Shown: positions 37,305 through 47,790 of the stretch, piece by piece
How positions within the stretch are numbered: the stretch's first letter is position 1
Layout of the letters: every line of letters begins with the position of its first letter
Origin: Gammaproteobacteria bacterium
Lineage (GTDB): Bacteria > Pseudomonadota > Gammaproteobacteria > G965277405
Assembly (NCBI GenBank): GCA_965277405.1
Contig: OZ255726.1
Coordinates: 448,001 to 512,000 of the forward strand
Length of the DNA stretch: 64,000 nt
Direction of reading: 5' to 3'
The notes under the pieces: model-generated
What the model was told of the DNA's origin: nothing
Database searches by the model: none
Seen by the model: the letters and a program-made list of their open reading frames with translations, nothing else
Made by a program: the position numbers and the translations under genes

Positions 37305-38657
37305 ATGCAGTGTACAACTTACCGAGCAACTATGGCTGCAAATTCGCTGGAAAACTGTCCCATTCACCGCTCAATAACTGATTGGTTTGGAGCATATCCA
37401 AGCCAACAACCGCTGCTAGTTGCTGTATCTGGCGGGATAGACTCGATGGTGCTGCTCGATGCTTTGCTACACCAAGCAAATGTAAAAATCCAAGCGCTGC
37501 ACTTTCACCACGGCAATGTATTCTCAAATAGCAATGACGCGATGCGTGCTTGCTGTGTGGCGCAATGTGCCCAGCGCGGCATTGAATGTAGTGTGGTCGA
37601 TTTGGATGTTACCACGCTAGGCAGCAAAGAAACTGCCGCCAGAAACGCACGCCGTCAGGCGCTTGCAACCTTGCTTGCAGCACAGCAATACGCGCTGTTG
37701 GCGCACCACAGCGACGACCAACTAGAAACATTGTTGTTGCGGCTCGGCCGCGGCACTGGAACCTTTGGAATGCAGGGCATACAGCCACGCAGTGCGATTG
37801 GTCGCGGTTGGATTGGCAGACCACTATTAGCAGTGACGAAGCAACACATCCACCAGTATGCAAGGGAACACGGCATCGAACACTATGAAGACCCCAGCAA
37901 CGCCGATGATGGTTTCGACCGTAATTATATACGCAAGCATATTGGACAACCTTTGCTGCAACGTTGGCCCAAGAGCAACCTAGCCGCACAGCAATGTGCC
38001 GCGCAAACACAGCAGTGGTTTGCCATCATCGATACCGTGATTGATAAGATGATGATGCCAGGCGCAGCCGCGATTAGCAGTGCTGCACTCGCGGCGTTTA
38101 GCAAAGTACAACAAGGGATGCTGTTGGCACAATGGTTTGCTAATACTGTTGCCCAGCAAGGGTTGTACCATCATATTCAGCGGCAGCAACGCCACAGCAT
38201 GATGGCAAGATATTCGAGCGTAGGCAGTGGTTTTAAAGAGCTATATGCATGGGATAATTGGCGACTATATCGCTATCAAGCTGCCGTGTATTGTGTTGTG
38301 TTGCCAGAGGTGCAACCAATCGAACATGGCAGGCATCGCCAGCAATTGGGGTGGGGAACCTTGCAAGTATCCACCAGCGCGTGGCAAATAATTACTGACT
38401 CTAATTATAGCATTCGCTATCGACAACACGGCGACTGCTGGGCGGATTCGCGTAAGCCAATCAACAAGAGGATGCAACAACATGTATTGCCGTGGATGCG
38501 CGCAGGCTGGCCAATTATCTGTAATCATCACCATGTCGTAGCAATTATTGGGCTGCCGACCAAGCTGCAATCAAACACTCTACACCTAAGCAACAAACTT
38601 GAGAAAGTGCTTGCTGATATCAGCTGGGACACCAATACTAACATTGCCAATGCCTAA
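37305..38657 (+). CDS. tilS: tRNA(Ile)-lysidine synthetase (start uncertain)
   Basis: AVSGGIDS, AHHSDDQLET, RPLL, EDPSN, RNYIR. Confidence 0.9.
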   Translation: MQCTTYRATMAANSLENCPIHRSITDWFGAYPSQQPLLVAVSGGIDSMVLLDALLHQANVKIQALHFHHGNVFSNSNDAMRACCVAQCAQRGIECSVVDLDVTTLGSKETAARNARRQALATLLAAQQYALLAHHSDDQLETLLLRLGRGTGTFGMQGIQPRSAIGRGWIGRPLLAVTKQHIHQYAREHGIEHYEDPSNADDGFDRNYIRKHIGQPLLQRWPKSNLAAQQCAAQTQQWFAIIDTVIDKMMMPGAAAISSAALAAFSKVQQGMLLAQWFANTVAQQGLYHHIQRQQRHSMMARYSSVGSGFKELYAWDNWRLYRYQAAVYCVVLPEVQPIEHGRHRQQLGWGTLQVSTSAWQIITDSNYSIRYRQHGDCWADSRKPINKRMQQHVLPWMRAGWPIICNHHHVVAIIGLPTKLQSNTLHLSNKLEKVLADISWDTNTNIANA

Positions 38658-38713
38658 GGAAGCTCTGATTAAGTCCATGACGGGCGAGACGGAGAAAAAA
38701 CGCTGATGATAAC
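38658..38713 (-). mobile_element. MITE right-end fragment
   Basis: CTAA|GGAAGCTCTGATTAAGTCCATGACGGGCGAGACGGAGAAAAAACGCTGATGATAAC. Confidence 0.85.
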
Positions 38714-38716
38714 GCT

Positions 38717-39667
38717 ATGATTTTAGTAACTGGTGCAACTGGATTTGTTGGTACAGCACTCATACAAACGCTGATACAGCTTGAATACGGGCAGTTGAAG
38801 GCGGCAGTGCGCCAACATTGCCCCACGTTGCCTGCAACTGTGACACAAATAGCTGTTGCAGATATTGGCGCAGCAACCAACTGGTCGGCAGCATTAACAA
38901 ACGTTGATGTGGTTATCCATGTAGCCGGTCGAGCGCATCTTGTGCATGACCCAGCAACGAATCCTCTTGATGAGTTTTTGCGTGTTAATACAGATGCAAC
39001 CACCCATCTTGCTCAGCAAGCTGCGCTACGAAACATCACTAGATTTATATTTGTTAGCTCTGCAAAAGTGAATGGTGAAAATTCAAAGTTCGACCAACCA
39101 TTTAGGCACGATGATAAATTTACTCCTGTGGACCCATATGCCTATTCAAAGTATAAAGCCGAGCATGAATTGCTGCAACTTGCACAAGAAACTCCTATGG
39201 AAGTAGTGATTATTCGCCCGCCTTTGGTATACGGACCAAACGCGTTAGGAAACTTTGCAACACTAGTATCAGTAGTAAATAAAGGAATACCGTTGCCATT
39301 GGGTGCAATCCACAATAAACGATCACTCATTGCTCTTGACAACTTAGTAAGTTTTATCATTCATTGTATTGACCACACCAAAGCCACCAATCAAGTGTTT
39401 ATGGTGGCTGACGGTGAAGACGTTTCGACAACTGAGTTATTAAAAAAAGTGGCAAAAGCATTTAATCGCAGCATATATTTGCTGCCTATCCCCGTCGCTG
39501 TGATGCGATTGTTTGCCAAGGTTATCGGCAAGCAAGACGCAGGCAATCGCTTATTCGGTTCATTTCAAGTCGACAGCGATAGGGCAACTGTGCTCTTGGA
39601 TTGGCAGCCAGTAATCACCATGGATAAGCAGCTAAAAAAACTTGCTGATGCCAGCAGCCAGACATAA
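38717..39667 (+). CDS. NAD-dependent sugar epimerase/dehydratase (extended SDR)
   Basis: VTGATGFVG, YAYSK, IRPPLVYG. Confidence 0.9.
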   Translation: MILVTGATGFVGTALIQTLIQLEYGQLKAAVRQHCPTLPATVTQIAVADIGAATNWSAALTNVDVVIHVAGRAHLVHDPATNPLDEFLRVNTDATTHLAQQAALRNITRFIFVSSAKVNGENSKFDQPFRHDDKFTPVDPYAYSKYKAEHELLQLAQETPMEVVIIRPPLVYGPNALGNFATLVSVVNKGIPLPLGAIHNKRSLIALDNLVSFIIHCIDHTKATNQVFMVADGEDVSTTELLKKVAKAFNRSIYLLPIPVAVMRLFAKVIGKQDAGNRLFGSFQVDSDRATVLLDWQPVITMDKQLKKLADASSQT

Positions 39668-40062
39668 TCGCTGCATCAAGACAACCAGAGCTTAACTCCG
39701 TATGGCTGTAAGTGGCACAATACGCTCATACAACAACCCATCCACTTGGCGATAATGGCGGTTTTTTATAAACAGCAATATGATTGCATGTTTTGTGGAA
39801 AGTGCTTGTTGTCAGTGCACCATCTGGATGAAGTAACCTAGAATGATGTGCTGACCAATTTGGCGAATTGGATTAAAACTTACAGCGTCCGTATCATTGA
39901 TACATGATAATCAAATGTGCATCATGTATACAACGCATCTTGTTATAGTAAAGTTGTGTTTACGTAAAAGATTATGAATAATTAAATACGCAAACTAGAT
40001 GTAGCTACGGCGAGATACACTCCTTTACCTCACTCTATTAACGACTAAATAAGAGGATCATT

Positions 40063-40980
40063 ATGGTAATGATTACACAAAAATATCCATCTATGCAGGC
40101 ATTCCTGTTCACGACAATATTTAGCATATGCACGGCTTTAGCAAGTTGCTCGACTATCACGCAATCCACGCAATCGCAGCAGTCACTCAACATTAAAGAA
40201 AAAGCTATCGCTGTGCTCGATAGCCTAACCACGACCGATAGATCAGCGCTGCAATATATTGATGACGATAAATATATCCAGCACAACCCGAATGTTGCCA
40301 CAGGAAAACAAGGCTTAATTGATTTTTTAAATGCAATACCCCAGCATCCCAAACAAGAAACAAGCGATATAGTGCGTGTGTATGTGGATGGTAGCTACGT
40401 TTTTGCACATTCTAAATCAGATCAGCTTGGTGTAGTAGCGTTTGATATTTTTCGCTTTGAAAAAGGAAAAATTGTTGAACACTGGGACAATATTCAGCCA
40501 CTCCAATCGGTCGATAACCCTAGCGGTCATACCCAAACAGATGGTGCAACTACAATTTCAGAGACTGGGCTGACCAAAAAAAACAAAGCGTTAGTGCATG
40601 ACTTGATACAAGAGGTATTTATTCAAGGGAAAATATACAGAATCACTCGCTATCTCAGCAAGCGACAACTCATTCAACATAGCCCGAACATTAAAGATGG
40701 TATTGCTGGTCTTGCAAAGTTTTTGAATACCATAAAAACACGAGAAATAGGCTTGCAATACAAGAAATTTCATGCTGTGTTGGGTGAGCAAAATTTTGTA
40801 CTTGCAGTCCTTGAAGGAACGTTGTACCAAACCCCAACAGCTTTTTATAATCTGTTTCGTGTTCAAAAAGGAAAAATCGTCGAGCACTGGAGCACGTTAC
40901 AAGCGATTCCTCCAATACATCAACAAAAGAACACTAATGGTCTATTTGGTTTTCCGTCTTCGGCTATGTCTATTCAATAA
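40063..40980 (+). CDS. Lipoprotein with tandem SnoaL/NTF2-like domains
   Basis: Lipobox LASC; repeated (Y/L)IQH(N/S)P and FR..KGKIVEHW motifs. Confidence 0.8.
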   Translation: MVMITQKYPSMQAFLFTTIFSICTALASCSTITQSTQSQQSLNIKEKAIAVLDSLTTTDRSALQYIDDDKYIQHNPNVATGKQGLIDFLNAIPQHPKQETSDIVRVYVDGSYVFAHSKSDQLGVVAFDIFRFEKGKIVEHWDNIQPLQSVDNPSGHTQTDGATTISETGLTKKNKALVHDLIQEVFIQGKIYRITRYLSKRQLIQHSPNIKDGIAGLAKFLNTIKTREIGLQYKKFHAVLGEQNFVLAVLEGTLYQTPTAFYNLFRVQKGKIVEHWSTLQAIPPIHQQKNTNGLFGFPSSAMSIQ

Positions 40981-41079
40981 GCCACTTTTAGCTAAAAGCG
41001 GCTACATACCATATGTTGCGTGTTTGCCACATGGAGTTGTTACACCACGACATTATTTTTTATATTTTGAACGGATAAT

Positions 41080-41838
41080 ATGGCTGATATACGTACATAT
41101 ATAGAACTCACTGTGTGCGCAGCTGCACAACTCACAGCAAACATGCGAAGGATAACATTGCATGGTACAGAGCTTGCCGATTTTCCAAACAATACAGTTG
41201 GGGCATATTGCAAGTTGGTCTTTTATCCCAACGGGACTCACCAACCAGTGCTGCGTACCTACACAATCGCACAATTTCGCCGCCAGCAATGCGAAATAGA
41301 CATTGATTTTATGCTGCATGCCCATACAAATTCTACCTGCACAGGAATTGCTGCCCCTTGGTCGATGCAGGCAAGTGTTGGCGATACTATTTCGATTTCT
41401 AGGCCTAGGTCAGCAACGTTTATTCATATGGCAGCAGATTGGTTTTTGCTTGCCGCAGATATGACAGCACTGCCTGCATTAACGGCAAATATATCGCGAT
41501 TACCAACACATGCCACAGGCAATATTGTGATAGAAATATTATCTGCGCAAGATAAACAGCAATTAGTTATACCTGATAATATCAACTTAAACTGGGTTGT
41601 GAACCCGCATCCAGGATCAAATAAATCCCCGTTGTACCATGCAATTCAACAGCTGCAATGGCGGCATGGACAACCCGCTATCTGGGTAGCATGTGAGTTT
41701 TCGACAATGAGAAAAATTCGCCAATTCCTCAAACAACAACAAAACATCAACAAGCAATGTGTATATATTTCAAGTTATTGGAAGCAAGGGCTAGCTGAAG
41801 AGGAACATAAAGTAATCAAACGCGCAGATGCACGCTAG
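41080..41838 (+). CDS. Siderophore-interacting protein (FAD-binding, ViuB-like)
   Basis: RTYTI, DIDFMLH, ADMTALPA, WVACE, SSYWK. Confidence 0.88.
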   Translation: MADIRTYIELTVCAAAQLTANMRRITLHGTELADFPNNTVGAYCKLVFYPNGTHQPVLRTYTIAQFRRQQCEIDIDFMLHAHTNSTCTGIAAPWSMQASVGDTISISRPRSATFIHMAADWFLLAADMTALPALTANISRLPTHATGNIVIEILSAQDKQQLVIPDNINLNWVVNPHPGSNKSPLYHAIQQLQWRHGQPAIWVACEFSTMRKIRQFLKQQQNINKQCVYISSYWKQGLAEEEHKVIKRADAR

Positions 41839-41846
41839 ATAATGCG

Positions 41847-43667
41847 TCATTTAGCAAATTCTGACGGCTGCAAGGCAACAGCGGGGTAGTCGCTAAACTT
41901 AATAGTGGTTGTGGTTATACTAACATCGTCTTTCTCTAGTACATTCTCACCAAATGCATAGCGGATTGACATGTTACCTTGACGAAACTGCTTAGTATAC
42001 GCTGCAATGTTGCTTTCTGTGGTCTCAACTTGACGCTGGTAATGACTCGGCTTTATACAACTTTTACCTAATATTTTATGCGTTTGTTCAGGAGATAACA
42101 GCACTGCGGTTGCGTTGTTGCCCCCGAAACCTTTGGCATTAATCAATGATGCCAAAAACGCGTTTTGCAGGTGTTGTTGATGTTGTAGTACAAACTCAAG
42201 ATTGCTAGAGTGGACATCTTCCGCCAGCTTTGGTGTGCTGGTAATTCCTGGTAAGACATTGCCTTCCCAAATACCCAGCGCATTGGAAACCTGATCACCA
42301 CCTGCTGCTGCTTGTGAGTGACCTAGCTGACTTTTTATTGCTACGACTGGCCACTGTACCGCAAATGATTTGGCAACGCTATTGAGAATATGCGATTCGG
42401 TTTCGCGGTTTTGTGGCGTACCAGTACCATGTGAGTGGATAAACGTCCTAGCTATTTGATCTTTGCCAACGATGCTCAACAAAGCGGCAGATGCCTGCGC
42501 AACCGTTAGGTAATTGCCAGCGCCAGGAGAAGTAATTGATTTTTTTCCACCATCTGCTGCGCAATATACATGCGGAACTGAGCCATAAATTTTTGCGCCG
42601 CACGCAATTGCAATATCATCACGACACAACACCACACACTGTGCTGCTTCTCCAATCGTAAAGCCGCAATTATTGCCAAACGGCCGCAACGTATTGCGCA
42701 AATCAACTTCCTTGGCATTGTCCATCACTCTCAGCCGTTCAGGGTCAGCCAGCGCGCCCATCACATCAAAACCACCAAGCAGTTCAGGGGTAATTGGTGC
42801 TTCGCTGGTGGCAACAACTGCAACGTCGAGTTGACCATGTTTAATTTTTTCAACAGCGCGTTCAAGGTTATATAAGAATGTTGCACACGCACCTTGACTG
42901 CTGCCGGTGGGACCAATCGAGCCTAATATATATGCATTTATAAAGTCTGCTGCCATTTGCGGATAGCTCATGGGGAGTAATTTTGGTTTAATGCGCAGCC
43001 CGTTTGCATGTGCTGTTAATAGCCCCGTCAGACTAAGCTCATCAAGCTGGCCAAGCCCGCTGCCAGCGTAGACTCCAATACGATTTGGCTGTAATGAATT
43101 TTTGAAATGCTTCCACTCAATACCCATCGCATTTAAGGCATCATTCGCGGCAAATATTGCCAATTGTAATCCACGCGGATGGTTGCGGGCGTTGTACAAT
43201 GTTTGCGGATCAAAGCCAGTTGGCAATTGTCCCGCAGACAATATTGTTGATGGTATAGACGTAGGAATGAGTGATTCAAGCACCCCTGTTATGGTCACTT
43301 CAGCTTGATTACCAAGCGTGTCCACCTGCCAACCTTGCGGAATTGTATGTGGCAAATCTTTGGCCAAACAAGTAAAAGTCAACGGTTGCGCAAGCGGGAT
43401 GCGCATGCGCTGATTAAACGCAACATGATGCGCATCAAATGTCTCTGGTATAATTTCACGAATCAAACTACCCGCGAGTAGCGCTTGCACGCCAGCCTCA
43501 GTAGTTGGAACACTGTGGTTAGTAAGCGCTGCTAAATCTGCAATCGTATCCAGCTGTTGCTGCGCTGAAAGCGCACTATATACTGTACGGTAATACGATG
43601 CATGTGCGGAAATTCGTCCGCCTGGATTAACGCCGCCAAGGCCAATAATTACTGGTAAATGCATCAA
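41847..43667 (-). CDS. fabY: Beta-ketoacyl synthase, FabY-like
   Basis: LPVIIGLGGVN.GR, GACATFLYNL (Cys), HGTGTPQN, GHSQAAAGGDQ, NAKGFGGNNA. Confidence 0.8.
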   Translation of the reverse strand: MMHLPVIIGLGGVNPGGRISAHASYYRTVYSALSAQQQLDTIADLAALTNHSVPTTEAGVQALLAGSLIREIIPETFDAHHVAFNQRMRIPLAQPLTFTCLAKDLPHTIPQGWQVDTLGNQAEVTITGVLESLIPTSIPSTILSAGQLPTGFDPQTLYNARNHPRGLQLAIFAANDALNAMGIEWKHFKNSLQPNRIGVYAGSGLGQLDELSLTGLLTAHANGLRIKPKLLPMSYPQMAADFINAYILGSIGPTGSSQGACATFLYNLERAVEKIKHGQLDVAVVATSEAPITPELLGGFDVMGALADPERLRVMDNAKEVDLRNTLRPFGNNCGFTIGEAAQCVVLCRDDIAIACGAKIYGSVPHVYCAADGGKKSITSPGAGNYLTVAQASAALLSIVGKDQIARTFIHSHGTGTPQNRETESHILNSVAKSFAVQWPVVAIKSQLGHSQAAAGGDQVSNALGIWEGNVLPGITSTPKLAEDVHSSNLEFVLQHQQHLQNAFLASLINAKGFGGNNATAVLLSPEQTHKILGKSCIKPSHYQRQVETTESNIAAYTKQFRQGNMSIRYAFGENVLEKDDVSITTTTIKFSDYPAVALQPSEFAK

Positions 43668-43918
43668 CTGAGGATAGCCGCAATAATCAGCTTGTTGCTT
43701 GCGTCCTGCAAAATTACCGTTGTTTTATGCAGCTGCCCTCCTCTATCAATTACCCTCAGCATAATTTTTTGCTAGAGCTAGACTAATAACATTATATTAT
43801 GTAACCTATGAATAAAACTGCGCTAAGAGTTATGCTTGCAGCATAAATTTGTAACAAGCCCATTTGATTTATCTTTTCTTCGTTTTTCACTTGGATGTTG
43901 TACGCTGATTTTTCTAAG

Positions 43919-43933
43919 GGAAGCTCTGATTAA
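43919..43933 (+). repeat. Solo MITE TIR
   Basis: GGAAGCTCTGATTAA exact. Confidence 0.75.
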
Positions 43934-44023
43934 GAATATGTATCTGTTCGAATCGAGCCTACAACTCTATGATTACTAGCTGTACTTGGCTATAAATGTT
44001 ATTATCATACTCAGACCAACTGT

Positions 44024-44061
44024 ATGTCACCCCAAATGTCACCCCAAAATGTCACCCCAAA
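44024..44061. repeat. Triple tandem repeat ATGTCACCCCAA(A)
   Basis: atgtcaccccaa atgtcaccccaaa atgtcaccccaaa. Confidence 0.9.
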
Positions 44062-44167
44062 TAAACAGCAGCTGTGAATGCTGTCACAACATGAGATTGT
44101 TAAAATTTTATCAGCTTACTAACTGCAACAAACGCTATGCAACGATGGGTCAACTAACAAACTCTAA

Positions 44168-44187
44168 GGAAGCTCTGATTAACTAGC
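44168..44187 (+). repeat. Solo MITE TIR
   Basis: CTAA|GGAAGCTCTGATTAACTAGC. Confidence 0.75.
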
Positions 44188-44449
44188 GAATGAATATACC
44201 TATAACATCCCTCAGCAACAAAAAAACATGCGCAACAAGAATCCCAATGGCTACGTTTATCAATGAGCAAATTCTTTAGGATAGATAGATGCAAGATTGC
44301 AAAAATATTAGCAAAAAATGTAGCCTACCGCAGAGCAGCAAGGTGGGTATTATTCTTCAATAGCTTGTTGCATGGCGACTGCATCCCACCACACATGTCA
44401 TTATTGTATACGATTCAAATAACCAGCCCATAACCATGATGATTATTAT

Positions 44450-45394
44450 ATGAGCCCAGTAACAATTGTTAGTGGCAATTCAGTTGCTATATTAGCAAAG
44501 ACACTCGCCAATCAACTTGAGCTTCCGTTACTCAATACCCGTGTTGCTAAGTTTAAAGATGGCGAGATTGATGTTGAGCTGTTAGAGAACGTCCGCGGTG
44601 CTGATTTATTTATCGTCCAATCAATATGCCGACCCCATACTGATAACCTGATGGAGTTGATATTGATTGCTGATGCTGCCTTGCGGGCTTCTGCAAAATC
44701 TATTACTGCAGTGATTCCATATTTTGGCTATGCACGGCAAGATCGTCGCGTCCGCTCAGCGCGAGTTCCGATTAGTGCGCGGGTTGTTGCCGATATGCTT
44801 TCTACCTGTGGCATAACTCGGGTATTGACTATGGACTTGCATTCTGAACAAATTCAAGGTTTTTTTAGCATTCCTGTTGACAATGTGTATGGCACCAGCT
44901 TATTGCTAGCTCATATTAACCAACAACAATATGAAAAACCAGTCGTTGTTTCACCAGATATAGGCGGCGTTGTGCGCGCACGCGCTGTTGCCAAAAGGCT
45001 GGGTAATGCTGGACTTGCCATCATTGATAAACGCCGCAGCGTAACCAACCAAAGCGAAGCAATGCATTTGATTGGTGATGTAAAAGGACGCACTTGTTTA
45101 TTGGTTGATGATATTATTGATACTGCAGGGACGTTGTGTAATGCGGCACAATCACTCAAGGAATTTGGTGCGGTAAATGTGTATGCATATGCGACACATC
45201 CAGTGCTTTCTGACCCAGCAATTGAAAATATTGCTAAGTCTACGCTTGATGCTGTCGTTGTTGCCGATACTATTCCACTCAATGAAAAAGCTAAAGAGTG
45301 TGAGAAAATCCATGTGTTTTCTATCGCTACTCTACTTGCAAATTCGATTCATCGCATCAGCAGAGGAGAATCTGTGCGTGCGCTTTTTAATTAA
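44450..45394 (+). CDS. prs: Ribose-phosphate pyrophosphokinase
   Basis: PYFGYARQDR, DLHSEQIQGFF, VSPDIGGV.RA, VDDIIDTAGT. Confidence 0.97.
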   Translation: MSPVTIVSGNSVAILAKTLANQLELPLLNTRVAKFKDGEIDVELLENVRGADLFIVQSICRPHTDNLMELILIADAALRASAKSITAVIPYFGYARQDRRVRSARVPISARVVADMLSTCGITRVLTMDLHSEQIQGFFSIPVDNVYGTSLLLAHINQQQYEKPVVVSPDIGGVVRARAVAKRLGNAGLAIIDKRRSVTNQSEAMHLIGDVKGRTCLLVDDIIDTAGTLCNAAQSLKEFGAVNVYAYATHPVLSDPAIENIAKSTLDAVVVADTIPLNEKAKECEKIHVFSIATLLANSIHRISRGESVRALFN

Positions 45395-45400
45395 ATAATT

Positions 45401-45424
45401 CTGCTTGCTGGTCGCGGCACTTAG
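45401..45424 (+). promoter_or_regulatory. Putative L25 (rplY) leader hairpin
   Basis: TGCTG-GTCG-CGGCA hairpin with the GGTCGCGG core seen in gammaproteobacterial rplY leaders. Confidence 0.5.
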
Positions 45425-45441
45425 AAACATAGGAAAAATCA

Positions 45442-46098
45442 ATGTCTGATAATACAATTACCTTGCACGCGCAAGCAAGAGACGCTACTAAAGGTACGGG
45501 TGCGAGCCGCCGTCTGCGTCGCATACAAGGAAAAATACCTGCAATAGTCTACGGTATTGGCAAGCCTGCACAGCCAATCGTAATGTTCCATAAAGACATT
45601 ATGAAAGCAACAGAGCAAGAAACATTTTATTCACAGGTATTAACTTTACAAATTGGTTCAAACAAGCAAGACGTGATTGTGAAGGCATTGCAACGCCACC
45701 CATACAAGCCGCTTATTATTCATGCTGACTTTCAGCGTGTTGCCAGTGATGTCGCCATCACGGTTGCTGTTCCACTCCACTTTTTGAACGCAGAAAGCTG
45801 TATTGGTGTCAAGCAAGAGGGAGGAGCGGTAATGCACATCGAAAATACTGTAGAAGTAACCGCGCTGCCAAAAGATTTGCCTGAATATATTGAAGTTGAT
45901 GTTGCTCAAATGCATTTAAATGACGTGCTCCATTTGCAGGACCTCACCCCACCAACAGGTATTGAATTTACTGCGCTACAGCAAGATAGCGACCATGATT
46001 TATCGCTGGTACGTGTCGCTAAATATGCTGGTAGCACTGAGCCTGAAGGGGGAGATGAGATCATCGAAGCCAGCACAGATACCCCCACAGAAGAATAA
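45442..46098 (+). CDS. rplY: 50S ribosomal protein L25/Ctc
   Basis: GASRRLRR, PAIVYG, QRHPYK, HADFQR. Confidence 0.96.
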   Translation: MSDNTITLHAQARDATKGTGASRRLRRIQGKIPAIVYGIGKPAQPIVMFHKDIMKATEQETFYSQVLTLQIGSNKQDVIVKALQRHPYKPLIIHADFQRVASDVAITVAVPLHFLNAESCIGVKQEGGAVMHIENTVEVTALPKDLPEYIEVDVAQMHLNDVLHLQDLTPPTGIEFTALQQDSDHDLSLVRVAKYAGSTEPEGGDEIIEASTDTPTEE

Positions 46099-46101
46099 TT
46101 T

Positions 46102-46674
46102 ATGCTCCCAATTTCAGCAGTCATTGGGCTGGGAAATATAGGGAAGATATATACCAAAACACGGCATAATGCCGGTTTTTGGTTTATAGAAAAAGCGGTT
46201 GCTGGAATACACTTCTCAACAAATAAGTACCTGTCGGCTAACCACGCAGTAGTGGCAGGAGTGCATTATCTGCTGCCGAATACTTTGATGAACCGCAGTG
46301 GCACTGTTGCAGCAGCATGTCTTAAACTATACGGCATTGCTCCAGAACAAATGCTAGTAGCGCATGATGATATTGATTTGCCAGCTGGGGTAGCGCGGAT
46401 TAAGGTAGGCGGTGGTCATGGTGGTCACAACGGGTTAAGAGATATTATACACAAGCTCGGCAGCGCAAACTTTATTCGCGTGCGCATTGGTGTTGGTCGC
46501 CCAACAACAATGGCTGTTGAATCGTATGTATTACAACAGCCAACTCAAGCCGAGTGCCAACACATTCAGCAGTCGATTGCAGATGTGGTCTGGGAACTCG
46601 ACACCTTGCTGCAAGGGAATATCCAACAAGCGCAACTCCGCATTCATACTTCCAGTACCTCCTTAGGAAAATAA
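46102..46674 (+). CDS. pth: Peptidyl-tRNA hydrolase
   Basis: GLGN, TRHNAGF, MNRSG, HDDID, GHGGHNG. Confidence 0.96.
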   Translation: MLPISAVIGLGNIGKIYTKTRHNAGFWFIEKAVAGIHFSTNKYLSANHAVVAGVHYLLPNTLMNRSGTVAAACLKLYGIAPEQMLVAHDDIDLPAGVARIKVGGGHGGHNGLRDIIHKLGSANFIRVRIGVGRPTTMAVESYVLQQPTQAECQHIQQSIADVVWELDTLLQGNIQQAQLRIHTSSTSLGK

Positions 46675-46676
46675 TC

Positions 46677-47771
46677 ATGACATTAAATTGCGGCATTATT
46701 GGCTTGCCGAATGTTGGTAAATCTACATTGTTTAATGCGTTGACCCATGCGGGAATTGAAGCTGCAAACTTTCCATTTTGTACTATTGAACCAAATGAGG
46801 GAGTTGTGGCCGTGCCAGATATTAGGCTAGATGCGCTGGCAACAATTGTATCTCCTGAGAAAGTGCTCCCTGCGCAAATGCAATTTACCGATATTGCCGG
46901 TCTGGTGGCTGGGGCTGCCACAGGCGAAGGGCTGGGGAATAAATTCCTTGCACATATTCGTGAGGCGACGGCAATTATTCATGTTGTGCGTTGCTTTGAA
47001 GATGAGAATATTATTCATGTTGCCAACACGATTAACCCGAAAAGTGATGTGGCAACAATTCACACTGAGCTTGGATTGGCGGATATAGAAACTGTTGAAA
47101 AAGCACTCAATAAAAATCACAAATTGGCTAAAACTGGTGATAAAGATGCGCAGCGTGTTATAGCCGTGTGTCAAAACATCCAACAACACTTGAATGCTGG
47201 AGAAATGGCGCGTTCAATGATTCTCGATGAAGATGAAACTGCAATTGCTCAGCAACTGCATTTGCTGACGCTCAAACCAACATTATACGTGGCAAATGTC
47301 GCTGAAGATGATATCTGTGGTCAGGCTTCATCAGTGCAACAACTCCGTGAAATTGCTGAATCTGAACAAGCAGAGATAATTGTGCTTTCGAGTAAAATTG
47401 AAGCCGAAATTGCTGTCTTACAAGGTAACGAGCAAACTGAATATTTGCAAATGTTTGGACTTACTGAGCCTGGGATGTTGCGGTTGATTCGTAGTAGCTA
47501 TGCATTACTGGACTTGCACAGTTATTTTACGGCAGGCAAACAAGAAGTCCGTTCATGGACAATCCCCGTCGGCGCCAATGCGTGTGCAGCAGCTGGCGCG
47601 ATTCATACAGATTTTGCCAAAGGTTTTATCCGTGCAGAGGTCATCGGCTATGACGATTTTATTAACCACAATGGTGAGCAAGGGGCAAAAGATGCTGGGC
47701 TTTGGCGTTTAGAAGGTAAAACCTATCAAGTGCAAAACGGTGACGTTATGCATTTTCGCTTTAATGTGTAG
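46677..47771 (+). CDS. ychF: Redox-regulated ATPase YchF
   Basis: GLPNVGKST, NFPFCTIEPN, DIAGLV, HFRFNV; start ATG 46677. Confidence 0.97.
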   Translation: MTLNCGIIGLPNVGKSTLFNALTHAGIEAANFPFCTIEPNEGVVAVPDIRLDALATIVSPEKVLPAQMQFTDIAGLVAGAATGEGLGNKFLAHIREATAIIHVVRCFEDENIIHVANTINPKSDVATIHTELGLADIETVEKALNKNHKLAKTGDKDAQRVIAVCQNIQQHLNAGEMARSMILDEDETAIAQQLHLLTLKPTLYVANVAEDDICGQASSVQQLREIAESEQAEIIVLSSKIEAEIAVLQGNEQTEYLQMFGLTEPGMLRLIRSSYALLDLHSYFTAGKQEVRSWTIPVGANACAAAGAIHTDFAKGFIRAEVIGYDDFINHNGEQGAKDAGLWRLEGKTYQVQNGDVMHFRFNV

Positions 47772-47790
47772 CGCAGCTCAACACGCTGCA

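Noticed and set aside
39670-39900. Possible gene remnant on the minus strand after the epimerase
   Set aside because: Only short open stretches with no recognisable motif.
44024-44061. Possible CRISPR or iteron array
   Set aside because: Only three adjacent 12-13-mers without spacers, and no cas or rep gene in the window.
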